Made by a program: the position numbers and the translations under genes
The notes under the pieces: generated by a model
The model's database searches: none
Told to the model about the DNA's origin: nothing
Seen by the model: only the letters and a program-made list of their open reading frames with translations
Shown: positions 25,741 through 35,805 of the stretch, piece by piece
Position numbering within the stretch: position 1 is the first letter of the stretch
Layout: the number at the start of each line of letters is the position of its first letter
Assembly: GCA_044892505.1 (NCBI GenBank)
Contig: CM097884.1
Coordinates: 144,770,001 to 144,834,000 of the forward strand
Direction of reading: 5' to 3'
DNA from: Schmidtea nova
Taxonomy: Eukaryota
DNA length: 64,000 nucleotides

Positions 25741-26193
25741 ATGACGTAGCTTATAAAATTATCGGTCCAAGTGGATATGGAAAAAGCTTTTTTGTTTGTA
25801 AATTATTACAGTCAAAATTATTCGAATCGAAATTTAACAAAGTTTTTTGACATAAGGGAGCTGATGCTGAACATGAAATTGCCCAAGATCTATTATGTAA
25901 GATTAAAATGACAATAATAAAAGGATTCGATAAAAACTGGTTGTCTAGATTACGAAGTCATTATGTAATTATTATTGATGATTTGTATCAAGAAGCTAAA
26001 TAAGAGAAGGCTTTCAATAATTTATTCACAAAAATTGCTAGATATAAAGAAGTTACAGTTAATTTTAATTTAGATATATACAGTCCCACATGGTTATATT
26101 TTTCTCGATTTTACTCAACAATGTAGTGATGAATTACGTGTTTGAACTGACATTTTTAACAATGAAGGACCAATGGCTTATATACAAAGTTAA
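25741..26193 (+). pseudogene. Maverick DNA-packaging ATPase (FtsK/A32-like), degraded and internally deleted
   Basis: Walker A IIGPSGYGKS, Walker B YVIIIDDLYQ, NLFTKIARY, C-terminal PHGYIFLDFTQ..DELRV*TDIF; in-frame stops. Confidence 0.85.
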
Positions 26194-26384
26194 AAAAGCA
26201 CAGGCCAAACAACCAAAGCTATCAAAACTTAGAAAGGTTATTAAAAAGAATCGTGGAACATTAATTCCATCTATAAATAATTTCATATCTCCGAAAAATT
26301 ATTCACCGAAAATCTTCCAAGAATGAATCTTATTTCACATAATACAAAAACAGACTCACCAAAGACGCTAAAGGCATCTGCAAG

Positions 26385-26690
26385 TAAAAAATCTCATAAT
26401 CATAGCAGTTTTCTGTTTTTCAATGCAATACTCAAATCTCCAAGCATTAAAAGAATGAGTATTTTACAATAGTTTACCAATTATGTTATTGATAATTTAC
26501 TTGATGTTAAAGTTAAAGTTGTTCAAGGTAAAATTAAAATCAGTAAATTAAATAAAACGGTTTTGAACAAACATAAGAAACCATTTTTATTTCTCGTAAA
26601 TACTAAAAATAAAAAACAAATGCGCAAAATAATATAAAAACATCATCGAAATTTTATTGCGGCATTGTTCCCATTAGCATTAATTTGATT
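26385..26690 (+). pseudogene. Small basic Maverick protein (putative core/pVII-like)
   Basis: ILKSPSIKRMSIL..IDNLLDV..VVQGKIKIS..LNKHKK..MRKII*KHHRNFIAALFPLAL resembles the conserved Lys-rich ORF found next to Polinton ATPases. Confidence 0.5.
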
Positions 26691-26919
26691 AATTGGTCTA
26701 GGATTTTTAAGAAAACCCTCAACATCATAAACAATGAGTCAATTATCTCTTGGCCATTTACCTAATCTTAAATTGAATTGTAAATCTTCTTGCTGTAATG
26801 CAGAAGATATGGACAAACCCAAATAATCCCGCTGATTTCTGTGGAGTTGAAAAGCTTAAGAAAAATCCCAAACTCGAAAAAAGAGACTCAAAAATAGTTA
26901 TCTTGACAATCCGAAAAGA

Positions 26920-27190
26920 CTCTAAACACTTTACCTTTAACTTCATCGGAATTTAGGGGCACCATCGTAAATTCAAAGGGGATTTTTCCATATGATGTTG
27001 CCACTAGCTCAGACGCTCTTTTATAGATTTCTGAATTTCCACCAATTTGGAAAGATGTGACTGAGGCTAAATATTCATTGACTAAAGATATTTGGCGAGA
27101 TACCAACTGTAATAATCTTTGTGATTACAAGTTAGTCTATCTTAAAGTAGATGTTTTCTTTTTGGCTGACTTTTTTCAGTAATTGTAGAC
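26920..27190 (+). pseudogene. Third pPolB fragment
   Basis: LPLTSSEFRGTIVNSKGIFPYDVATS..PPIW..CNNLCDYKLVYLKVDVFLLADFF, homologous to 3900-4190 and 40010-40270. Confidence 0.85.
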
Positions 27191-27369
27191 AGATGTGTGC
27201 ATTCTGGAACAAAGATATATGATGTCATCGATGATTCATAGCCAATCAAAATCAAATAGACCCTCGAATGGTACTTTTTTTGAGAACTCCTCCCCATAAT
27301 TTTTTTGAGACCCCTCCATTAATTTTTTTATTTACACACACGATGAGTCATAAAAATTAATTTTTAATT

Positions 27370-27500
27370 TAAGGTCATTTAAAGGTCAAATTATGAGGTC
27401 AGCTTAAGGTTAAATTATGAAATCAACTTAAAATCAACTTGATGTCAAAGCACATTAAGGTCAAATTCAAAGTTTTAAAGGTCAAACTTTTAAAAACTAA
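27370..27500. repeat. AAGGTCA repeat array
   Basis: ttaaggtca, aaaggtca, gaggtca, aaggtcaaa repeated. Confidence 0.75.
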
Positions 27501-27599
27501 AATTCTTAAAAATAAAAAAAACTTCAAAATTTTCAAAAATACAATTCAAAAACTCAAGAATTGATTATAACATTTATTGAAAATACATAAAAAATATAT

Positions 27600-28004
27600 T
27601 AAGCGATTCTAGCACTATTGATTTTCCAAATCGGAGACACTGCTTCTTTTGGGTTTACTTTACAGCATTGAATCTATATATCAATAAACCAATTTTCATT
27701 GTCCATAAATTCAACGGATTCAAATGAGTCATGGAAGTAAGTTTTCTTGTTGATATATATTGTTTCACTGCAAGATAATTCCTTGTTGATCTTCATCAAC
27801 ACTTTATTGATTGCAGCAACATCTTTTTTTATAAAGTTGGCCAATTAAGTTTGAATATTGCGAAGTCGACAGCTTTACCGGATTTGGGACCTTGAATAGA
27901 ATTTCATTTACTAAGAAAAACATTTGGTATTCGTGAAACATTTGAAACGGTCGTAAATCAAATTTGTTTTGAATTGATTTGGTATCGTTCTTAATTGGTT
28001 TCAT
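27600..28004 (-). pseudogene. Maverick-associated unknown ORF (ORF-X), inverted homolog of 42946-43170
   Basis: ELSCSETIYINKKTYFHDSFESVEFMDNENWFIDI*..PKEAVSPIWKINSA versus KLSFNEKIFIS..FHDAFQSVEFMEIENWLIDI..PKESMSPIWKIKSA. Confidence 0.65.
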
Positions 28005-28462
28005 TTTAGTTGGACTCGATTTGTCTGAAAAGACTTAGCATTTTATGACTAAGACTAGTTTTGTTACTTTATTTTACTAGTCATAACATGTGTACAACCA
28101 ATCAGATTCGTGCTTGTGTTCTGTACATGGCATGCATGTGTTTTGCACATGACACGCAAGTGTTCTGTGCATGACACCTAAGTGTTCTGTAAATGTATTG
28201 ATTNNNNNNNNNNNNNNNNNNNNNNNNNNNNNNNNNNNNNNNNNNNNNNNNNNNNNNNNNNNNNNNNNNNNNNNNNNNNNNNNNNNNNNNNNNNNNNNNN
28301 NNNNNNNNNNNNNNNNNNNNNNNNNNNNNNNNNNNNNNNNNNNNNNNNNNNNNNNNNNNNNNNNNNNNNNNNNNNNNNNNNNNNNNNNNNNNNNTATTTT
28401 CAATAAATATTCAAAACTATCAACATTTTATAAAAGATAATTTAACAAAATAAAAAGACATT

Positions 28463-28813
28463 TTATCCACAAAACCTTTCTTGACCTAAATATTTTCTTA
28501 GCTCCTCTCGGAGCAACCATTTGTGATATTTCTGAGTCCAATTGATGTAATCTTCGCATCTATAGGCACAGAAAATACTGGCGCTGCATTCCTCTTCTTC
28601 CAGTTTATGATTATGGTCGATCAACACCTTTTTGAGATCGATTCCAGTTAATGCCAATATTTTGTATAGCAGGAGCTCTGGAGCGCAATAAACTAATTCC
28701 CGCATCAGTTTCGGGTACAGGTCCTCCATTTCTTTATCAGAACGCTCATCAGTATTTTTAAAACAAAAGAAAGCTTTATTAAAAATTTCAAATTTCAAAT
28801 TAATCTTTACCAT
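28463..28813 (-). CDS. Hypothetical 116-aa protein, possibly a Maverick accessory gene
   Basis: Open frame with protein-like composition between ORF-X and the LTR; no motif recognised. Confidence 0.35.
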   Translation of the reverse strand: MVKINLKFEIFNKAFFCFKNTDERSDKEMEDLYPKLMRELVYCAPELLLYKILALTGIDLKKVLIDHNHKLEEEECSASIFCAYRCEDYINWTQKYHKWLLREELRKYLGQERFCG

Positions 28814-28853
28814 TGGATTTATTGAGAGACATCTTTTTTGCTGCTGTTATAAA

Positions 28854-30012
28854 TGTTATTATAAGTCTATGCACTGTTCAATTTGGATATTTGTTTGTTG
28901 TATGTGTGAAGGAGTAGCAGTTGTTTGTTAATGAGAATTTGTAAGAACCCAAAAGAGTCTCCCAAAACTTGTTGTGGGGACAATTGGGGTGCCTGTGTTT
29001 GTAATGCAATATTGACAATGAATTAAATAAATTTTATATAATGAATAAAAGATTAAAGTTTACAATAAATATATTCTAATGAACAGGATAATAAAAAACC
29101 ACGAAAAAATTACTTTTATGTGTGTGTGAACACAGCGAAAAAAATATTTACTGGAATGTTACAGGGATAATATTGAAATAATTTGAAATAACGTGAAAGA
29201 ACTTGAAATTGCTCGTATTATAATAAATTCGTTTTATAGTTTCGTTTTATAATATTGGAACTTGAAATAACTCGCAATAACTTGAAATCACTTGAAATAA
29301 CTGGAAATCGTTCGTATTATAATAAATTCGTTTTATAATTTCGTCTTATAATATTGGGACTTGAAATCACTTGAAATAACTTGAAATTGCTCGTATTATA
29401 ATAAATTCGTTTTATTATTTCGTCTTATAATATTGGAGCTTGAAATAACTTGTAATAACTTGGAATAACTTGAAATTGCTCGTATTATAATAAATGCGTT
29501 TTATAATTTCGTCTTATAATATTGGAGCTTGAAATAACTTGAAATAACTTGAAATAGCTTGGAATAACTTGAAATAACTTGAAATTGCTTGGAATAACTT
29601 GAAATTGCTCGTACTATAATAAATGCGTTTTATAATTTCGTTATATAATATTGGAGCTTGAAATAACTTGAAATAACTTGGAATAACTTGAAATAACTTG
29701 AAATTGCTTGGAATAACTTGAAATTACTCTTATTATAATAAATGCGTTTTATAATTTTTTAAATTGATTTTTTTTTTAAATTTTTTTATTTCTGTATTTA
29801 GCTTACTATAGTTTCCTTTAGTAAGCTATTTGAATTTAATAATTTGAATTTTATAATTCAAATTATTTAATTATTTAATTATTTAGCAATATAAGAAAAA
29901 TAAAGAGGGGGGGTTCCTGGTGACCGCAAGGGCACCGTCCATAGTAATGACGGCGCTTACAAACTCTGAAACGAATAATAACGAAAAATAAACATAAAAT
30001 AAGACATCCACA
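28854..30012 (-). repeat. 3' LTR (1159 bp, TGTGG...TAACA on the minus strand) with internal ~70-90-bp and 10-bp tandem repeats
   Basis: Direct repeat of 34655-35805, differing by a few substitutions or indels and one 10-bp unit. PPT AAAGGGGGAAG at 30016-30026. Confidence 0.95.
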
Positions 30013-30250
30013 TAACTTCCCCCTTTAAAACCGGAGGTTAACACACGAATAAAAATATAACATTCACATTTTAATCACTAACAATAACTTAAAACTTTTT
30101 TATTCTCTTTTGTTTTATTATGTTTTGTTTTTTTGATTTTTTTTTTGTTTACTACGTTTTAACAACTTTTACATATTTACACTAAAAATAAAAACTGTAC
30201 ATTTCGCTGTGTTGTGCTTGTGTTTTGCTCGTGTATGTTTGTGTATTTTT

Positions 30251-31246
30251 TTATTTGAGGCAATCGCTATAGCGTTTTTTGTAAATGGGTGTGATTATGG
30301 TGTCCTTGTCGAACAGTCTTATTGAGTTTTTGGAGTTGAATGAGATGTGTTTTTGTTTTGTTGGGGTTTTGTCTGGAAGGTTTTGGTTGTGGTCATTGTT
30401 GGATGGTGTTAGTTTGTTTTCATAAAATGGTTTTAATCGGCGTATGTTTATTTTTATTGACTTGTTGTCTTTTACGATTGTGCCGACGTTTTTGTACAAA
30501 TTTAGTAATTTGTATGGACCTTCGTATTTTGTTTCGAAACCACTTGTGAAAGGTTTCTTTATTAAGACTTTGTCTATTATTAGTCTGGTTTGGTTTTGTG
30601 TTTGTTGACTGTTTTTGTTTTTCAGGGTGTTTTTTAGTTTGGTCATTTGTGGTTCGTTGAATTTGTAGTTTGCCTCAGCTTTGTTTTCTGTTTCGTCTTT
30701 TAAGTTTTGCAGGTTTGTGTTGTGTCCAAATACCAATTGGCTAGGACTTTTGTTGTTTGAGCTTGAAGGGTTGTTGCGCAATCCTATCAAAATTTCTGGT
30801 AATTTTCCCAACCAGTTATCGTTATTGTTCGTTTTTGTTCTGATTGCTTCTTTTATAGATCTGTGTAATCTTTCCACTTTTCCGTTTGATTGGGGGTTAT
30901 ACGCTGTTGTTCTGTTTTTCGTAATGTTATATTTATTACACAGTCCTTTAAAAATGTCGGATTCAAATTGTCTACCTTGATCGCTGATTATTGTTTTTGG
31001 GCAACCATACCGTGCGAACCAATTTAGTTCTAATTTGTTGCAAATCTTTGCTGCGGATATTTCCTTTATGGGTATGGCTTCAAACCAGTTTGTTTTGCGA
31101 TCTATTATTGTTAACAAATACTTGTGTTTGTTATTGGGTGGTAGAGGTCCGACTATGTCGATGTGTATTGTTTCGAAAGGTTCCGAACTGGGAAATTGTA
31201 CCACCGTTGTTTTAAATTGTTTTTTGTTATTTTGTTTTTTTGACAC
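30251..31246 (-). CDS. Integrase core and C-terminus, in the -1 frame relative to pol
   Basis: IHIDIVGPLP, IIDRKTNW, SDQGRQFES, YNPQSNGKVER, YEGPY. Confidence 0.9.
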   Translation of the reverse strand: MSKKQNNKKQFKTTVVQFPSSEPFETIHIDIVGPLPPNNKHKYLLTIIDRKTNWFEAIPIKEISAAKICNKLELNWFARYGCPKTIISDQGRQFESDIFKGLCNKYNITKNRTTAYNPQSNGKVERLHRSIKEAIRTKTNNNDNWLGKLPEILIGLRNNPSSSNNKSPSQLVFGHNTNLQNLKDETENKAEANYKFNEPQMTKLKNTLKNKNSQQTQNQTRLIIDKVLIKKPFTSGFETKYEGPYKLLNLYKNVGTIVKDNKSIKINIRRLKPFYENKLTPSNNDHNQNLPDKTPTKQKHISFNSKNSIRLFDKDTIITPIYKKRYSDCLK

Positions 31247-33384
31247 TGTGGGCAGTTTCTAACGAAGGTTTTTACGTCCCTTCTCATATAAGGCCAGATT
31301 ACTTTGGTATGCAAAAGTTCATATGTGGCTTTGTTTCCTGGGTGGTAAAGGTTGTGATATTTCTGTAGGTACTGTTCGCGTAATTCAGGCGGTACAATGA
31401 TTCTTTTATTATTGTCGTTTGAAGTGTCGTACCAGATTCCGTCTATTTCTTCCAATTTGAGCGAGTTCATCCTCGGAGACTCTGTTATGTTTTGTTTTTG
31501 TATAGTTTTTAGATTTTCTAACTCTATGATTGGTGGTATGTTTAGTGCGTTGATATCAGTCTCGATTCTTGATAATGCGTCTGCACTTATATTAGCTGAT
31601 CCTGCTATGTATTTAATTTTACAATTGAATTGTGAAATATAATTCAATTGTCGTATTTGTCTCGGTGAAGGATTTCTCATATTCATTGCATTTATTAGGG
31701 GTTTATGATCAGTATAAACCTCGAATTCTTTACCTTCCAATAGGTATTGAAAGTGCTTGATCGTGTCGTGTAACGCTAATAACTTCCTGTCGAAGGTAGA
31801 GTATCTCATTTGATGAATTTTCAATTTTTTTGAAAAGAATGCTATGGGTCGTTTTTCATTGTTTTCCTCTTGGAATATGGTACCTCCCATTGCTAGTCCT
31901 GAACAGTCTGTGTTGACTATGTATGGTAATTCCTGATTAGGGTAGGTTAGGATGCTTGCATTTTTCAGATTTTCCTTTGCTTGTTCAAAGGCTGTTATTA
32001 GATTTTCGTTCCAATTTATTTTAATATTTCTCTTTATTTTGTTTAATTCGTTGAGAGGGGCTAACATTTCGCTACATTTTGGTATGTATTTGTGATAAAA
32101 GTTGATCATCCCCAGGAATCGTCTTAGTTCTTTTGTTGTTTTGGGTAATGGGTAGTTTTTTATTGCTTTTATCTTGTCCTCTAGTGGTCTTGTTCCCGAT
32201 TCATTCAACAAGTGACCCAAGAATTGTATTTCAGTTTTTAAAAATTGGCATTTTTTTGTATTAATTTTTAGTTCGTGTTTGTTGAGTATTTCCAACACAT
32301 TTCTTATGTTTTCGATGTGTTCCGATTTGGTTGTGGACGCAATAAGTATGTCGTCTAGGTAAGCGACTGTATTTCGTTGGTTTCGCAGGATTTGGTCCAT
32401 AAAACGCTGAAACGTTGCCGCAGCGTTTTTTAAACCAAAAGGCATTCTGTTGTATTCATAGAGGCCTAAGGGTGTGATGATCGCTGTTTTCTTTATGTCT
32501 TCCGCTTTGACGGGTATTTGATGGTAGGCTTTTTCCAAGTCGATTTTGCTGAAGAGTTTGGGTTTGTTGAATCGGTTTATTATATCATTTATGATAGGAA
32601 TTGGATATTTGTCAGGTGTCGTGATGCTGTTTAGTGCTCTGTAGTCTCCACAGGCACGCCATTCACCATTTGCTTTTTCTTTAAGCATGAGAGCTGAGGA
32701 CCAATTTGAATTAGAATGTTTGACGATTTGGTTTTCTAATAATTCGTCAAATATTTTCTTTGTTATTTCGAGTTTATTTTTGTCCAACTGTCTGACTTTT
32801 GCATGCACAGGATTTCCATTGCTTATTATTGCGTGTTCAGTTATGCATTTAGTTTCGCTAATTGTTTGTAGTTTATTTGTTATGTTTGGCATTGTTTGTA
32901 TCAGTTTCATGATTTCATTAGGAATATGTTCGTCCTTATTTTCTGATTTTAGTTTCTGCTCATTCGTTTTTATTTCACCGTGTAGAGCTGTTATCACTCC
33001 AATGTCGCAGTTGGTTTGTTTTGTTGATTGGTTATTTTTGGTGGTTGATTTATTTGAATTGTTTGATATAATTTTCCCATTTTTACAATCGACTAGTAAG
33101 TTGTATCTTGCGAGGAAATCTGCTCCTAATATGGCTTGTTTCACTTCTGCGATGGTGAAATGCCACTTGTATTTTATATTATTGACGGAAATGTCGATGT
33201 TTTGTTTTCCGAATGTTTTGATAGGGCTGCCGTTTGCTGCGCATAAACTTGTGGTTTCTGTTTTTGTATTTTTGTAGAGGTAGTTCGGCAATAAGGAAAT
33301 TATTGAACCGGTATCAACGAGAAAGTTAATACCGTTGCTGTGCACCGTGAATGTTTGGCTGTCACCAATGGTCGGTGCGATCAT
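31153..33384 (-). CDS. pol: Pol: aspartic protease, RT, RNase H, integrase HHCC
   Basis: FLVDTGS, WRACGDYRALN, YLDDILI, VNTDCSG, YTDHKPL, H..YHPG..CPQC. Confidence 0.97.
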   Translation of the reverse strand: MIAPTIGDSQTFTVHSNGINFLVDTGSIISLLPNYLYKNTKTETTSLCAANGSPIKTFGKQNIDISVNNIKYKWHFTIAEVKQAILGADFLARYNLLVDCKNGKIISNNSNKSTTKNNQSTKQTNCDIGVITALHGEIKTNEQKLKSENKDEHIPNEIMKLIQTMPNITNKLQTISETKCITEHAIISNGNPVHAKVRQLDKNKLEITKKIFDELLENQIVKHSNSNWSSALMLKEKANGEWRACGDYRALNSITTPDKYPIPIINDIINRFNKPKLFSKIDLEKAYHQIPVKAEDIKKTAIITPLGLYEYNRMPFGLKNAAATFQRFMDQILRNQRNTVAYLDDILIASTTKSEHIENIRNVLEILNKHELKINTKKCQFLKTEIQFLGHLLNESGTRPLEDKIKAIKNYPLPKTTKELRRFLGMINFYHKYIPKCSEMLAPLNELNKIKRNIKINWNENLITAFEQAKENLKNASILTYPNQELPYIVNTDCSGLAMGGTIFQEENNEKRPIAFFSKKLKIHQMRYSTFDRKLLALHDTIKHFQYLLEGKEFEVYTDHKPLINAMNMRNPSPRQIRQLNYISQFNCKIKYIAGSANISADALSRIETDINALNIPPIIELENLKTIQKQNITESPRMNSLKLEEIDGIWYDTSNDNNKRIIVPPELREQYLQKYHNLYHPGNKATYELLHTKVIWPYMRRDVKTFVRNCPQCQKNKITKNNLKQRWYNFPVRNLSKQYTST

Positions 33385-33392
33385 TGGTGACT

Positions 33393-34451
33393 TTATATGT
33401 TTTCCGGCTTTTTATTGTTGAAAGTGCAGGGTGCGTTGCACTTGTACGCCTTGTCTCCAAATCTATTGTGAAAATAACACCAATTTTCATTTTGTATGTA
33501 GCTGTTGTTTGGGTTATTATATCGGTTAAAATTTGGTTTTTGCTCTGTTGGGTTGTTATGGTTATTTTGGTAATGGTTAAAGTTAGGGTTTTGTTCTGAC
33601 CGGTCATTTTGATTGATTTGGTTTCTTTTGGTTTCTCTCGCTTGTGCCTCTTGTAAGTCATTCCTGAGGTTCTTGTTTTCTGTTAGGACCTCGTCAACTT
33701 TTTTTATTAACGAGTTCAGCAGTAGATTGGTATCATTGTTTGGGTTATCTCGTTCTTGACGATTTTCTTGTTTGTTTTCCCATGGGTGTTGTTTTCGGTA
33801 TGTTCTACACACAGTTGGGAATATTTCGTCATTAATTTTGTCCGCGATATCGGCTATTTTGTCGAGGTCTGTGCAGTCGTTTGCCACTAAGATGCGTCTT
33901 ATTTCTTGCGGCATTGCCCTCATGAATAGGTCTTTCACGAAATCATTTTGACCCGCACTTGTGATTTTGGGTTGCAAAAATTCCAGTTTGCTTTTCAGAT
34001 TTCGCAGAAATTCGCTTGGCTTGTCATTTCCAAGCTGTATATCTTTAAGACAAGACTCCAAAACCTCCCTCCTGTTCACCTTATTTCTATTTACTAAGGT
34101 TGTGTATAGTAGGTTAAATGGGTCGTCGCTATTTGCTATTTCGTCGATTCGATCTGCAATTTCATTTAGAATATTGCTAGGAAGAGCTGCTATTATGTGG
34201 GAGCATAAGCTTTTTGTCGATTTGATTCCTGACAGTGTCAATGTTAGTTTTGAGAACTCTAGCCATTTTTGGGGTGTGCCGTTCTCATCTGTAAAGTAGT
34301 TTGGAATGTTTGCCTTGGGGTTTATTATCGAATTTATGGTGTGGTGGTTTTCAGGGGTGTAAAAGTAGCTGGTATTCTCTTGTTGATTGGGTATGGTTTC
34401 GTAGTTGTGTGTTTGGGGATTGTTTGTTAGATTTTGTTGGTTTGATGCCAT
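33393..34451 (-). CDS. gag: Gag with C-terminal CHCC zinc knuckle
   Basis: LGNDKPSEFLR, DLDKIADIADKI, WCYFHNRFGDKAYKCNAPC (CX2HX9CX3C). Confidence 0.93.
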   Translation of the reverse strand: MASNQQNLTNNPQTHNYETIPNQQENTSYFYTPENHHTINSIINPKANIPNYFTDENGTPQKWLEFSKLTLTLSGIKSTKSLCSHIIAALPSNILNEIADRIDEIANSDDPFNLLYTTLVNRNKVNRREVLESCLKDIQLGNDKPSEFLRNLKSKLEFLQPKITSAGQNDFVKDLFMRAMPQEIRRILVANDCTDLDKIADIADKINDEIFPTVCRTYRKQHPWENKQENRQERDNPNNDTNLLLNSLIKKVDEVLTENKNLRNDLQEAQARETKRNQINQNDRSEQNPNFNHYQNNHNNPTEQKPNFNRYNNPNNSYIQNENWCYFHNRFGDKAYKCNAPCTFNNKKPENI

Positions 34452-34641
34452 TTCTCTTTATGTTTAGTGTTGTTTTGTTTCTTTATTTTTTTAAATGTGC
34501 AAGAAAAAAAATGAGATTAACTGAAGGATATAGCCTACTGTGTTCGGCTAAAAGTGACGTTAATCCTTATACCTCTATAATAGGTATGCTAAAGGCGTTA
34601 ACGTTTGAAAAAAAAACGGCGAGTGTGTGTGTATTGTGTTG

Positions 34642-34654
34642 ACTTCTGACACCA
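34642..34654 (-). promoter_or_regulatory. Primer-binding site TGGTGTCAGAAGT (tRNA-Leu type)
   Basis: Abuts the 5' LTR; complementary to the ...ACUUCUGACACCA 3' end of eukaryotic tRNA-Leu(CAA). Confidence 0.8.
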
Positions 34655-35805
34655 GTTATTATAAGTCTATGCACTGTTCAATTTGGATATTTGTTTGTTG
34701 TATGTGTGAAGGAGTCGCAGTTGTTTGTTAATGAGAATTTGTAAGAACCCAAAAGAGTCTCCCAAAACTTGTTGTGGGGGGACAATTGGGGTGCCTGTGT
34801 TTGTAATGCAATATTGACAATGAATTAAATAAATTTTATATAATGAATAAAAGATTAAAGTTTACAATAAATATATTCTAATGAACAGGATAATAAAAAA
34901 CAACGAAAAAAATTACTTTTATGTGTGTGTGAACACAGCGAAAAAAATATTTACTGGAATGTTACAGGGATAATATTGAAATAATTTGAAATAACGTGAA
35001 AGAACTTGAAATTGCTCGTATTATAATAAATTCGTTTTATAGTTTCGTTTTATAATATTGGAACTTGAAATAACTCGCAATAACTTGAAATCACTTGAAA
35101 TAACTGGAAATCGTTCGTATTATAATAAATTCGTTTTATAATTTCGTCTTATAATATTGGGACTTGAAATCACTTGAAATAACTTGAAATTGCTCGTATT
35201 ATAATAAATTCGTTTTATTATTTCGTCTTATAATATTGGAGCTTGAAATAACTTGTAATAACTTGGAATAACTTGAAATTGCTCGTATTATAATAAATGC
35301 GTTTTATAATTTCGTCTTATAATATTGGAGCTTGAAATAACTTGAAATTGCTTGGAATAACTTGAAATAACTTGAAATTGCTTGGAATAACTTGAAATTG
35401 CTCGTACTATAATAAATGCGTTTTATAATTTCGTTATATAATATTGGAGCTTGAAATAACTTGAAATAACTTGGAATAACTTGAAATAACTTGAAATTGC
35501 TTGGAATAACTTGAAATTACTCTTATTATAATAAATGCGTTTTATAATTTTTTAAATTGATTTTTTTTTTAAATTTTTTTATTTCTGTATTTAGCTTACT
35601 ATAGTTTCCTTTAGTAAGCTATTTGAATTTAATAATTTGAATTTTATAATTCAAATTATTTAATTATTTAATTATTTAGCAATATAAGAAAAATAAAGAG
35701 GGGGGGTTCCTGGTGACCGCAAGGGCACCGTCCATAGTAATGACGGCGCTTACAAACTCTGAAACGAATAATAACGAAAAATAAACATAAAATAAGACAT
35801 CCACA
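34655..35805 (-). repeat. 5' LTR (~1151 bp)
   Basis: Direct repeat of 28854-30012. Confidence 0.95.

Larger units (their letters stand above)
28854..35805 (-). mobile_element. Young near-complete Gypsy LTR retrotransposon, CsRn1-type
   Basis: Two near-identical LTRs, PBS, PPT, gag with CHCC motif, pol in PR-RT-RH-IN order; no TSD. Confidence 0.97.

Noticed and set aside
29150-29760. Regularly spaced repeats in the LTR (and at 25.4 kb) as a CRISPR array
   Set aside because: The intervening sequences are themselves repeats, there are no cas genes, and the context is eukaryotic.
30340-34642. Plus-strand ORFs overlapping gag/pol (e.g. 32687-33277)
   Set aside because: Antisense frames kept open by the A-rich codon bias of the element; no motifs.
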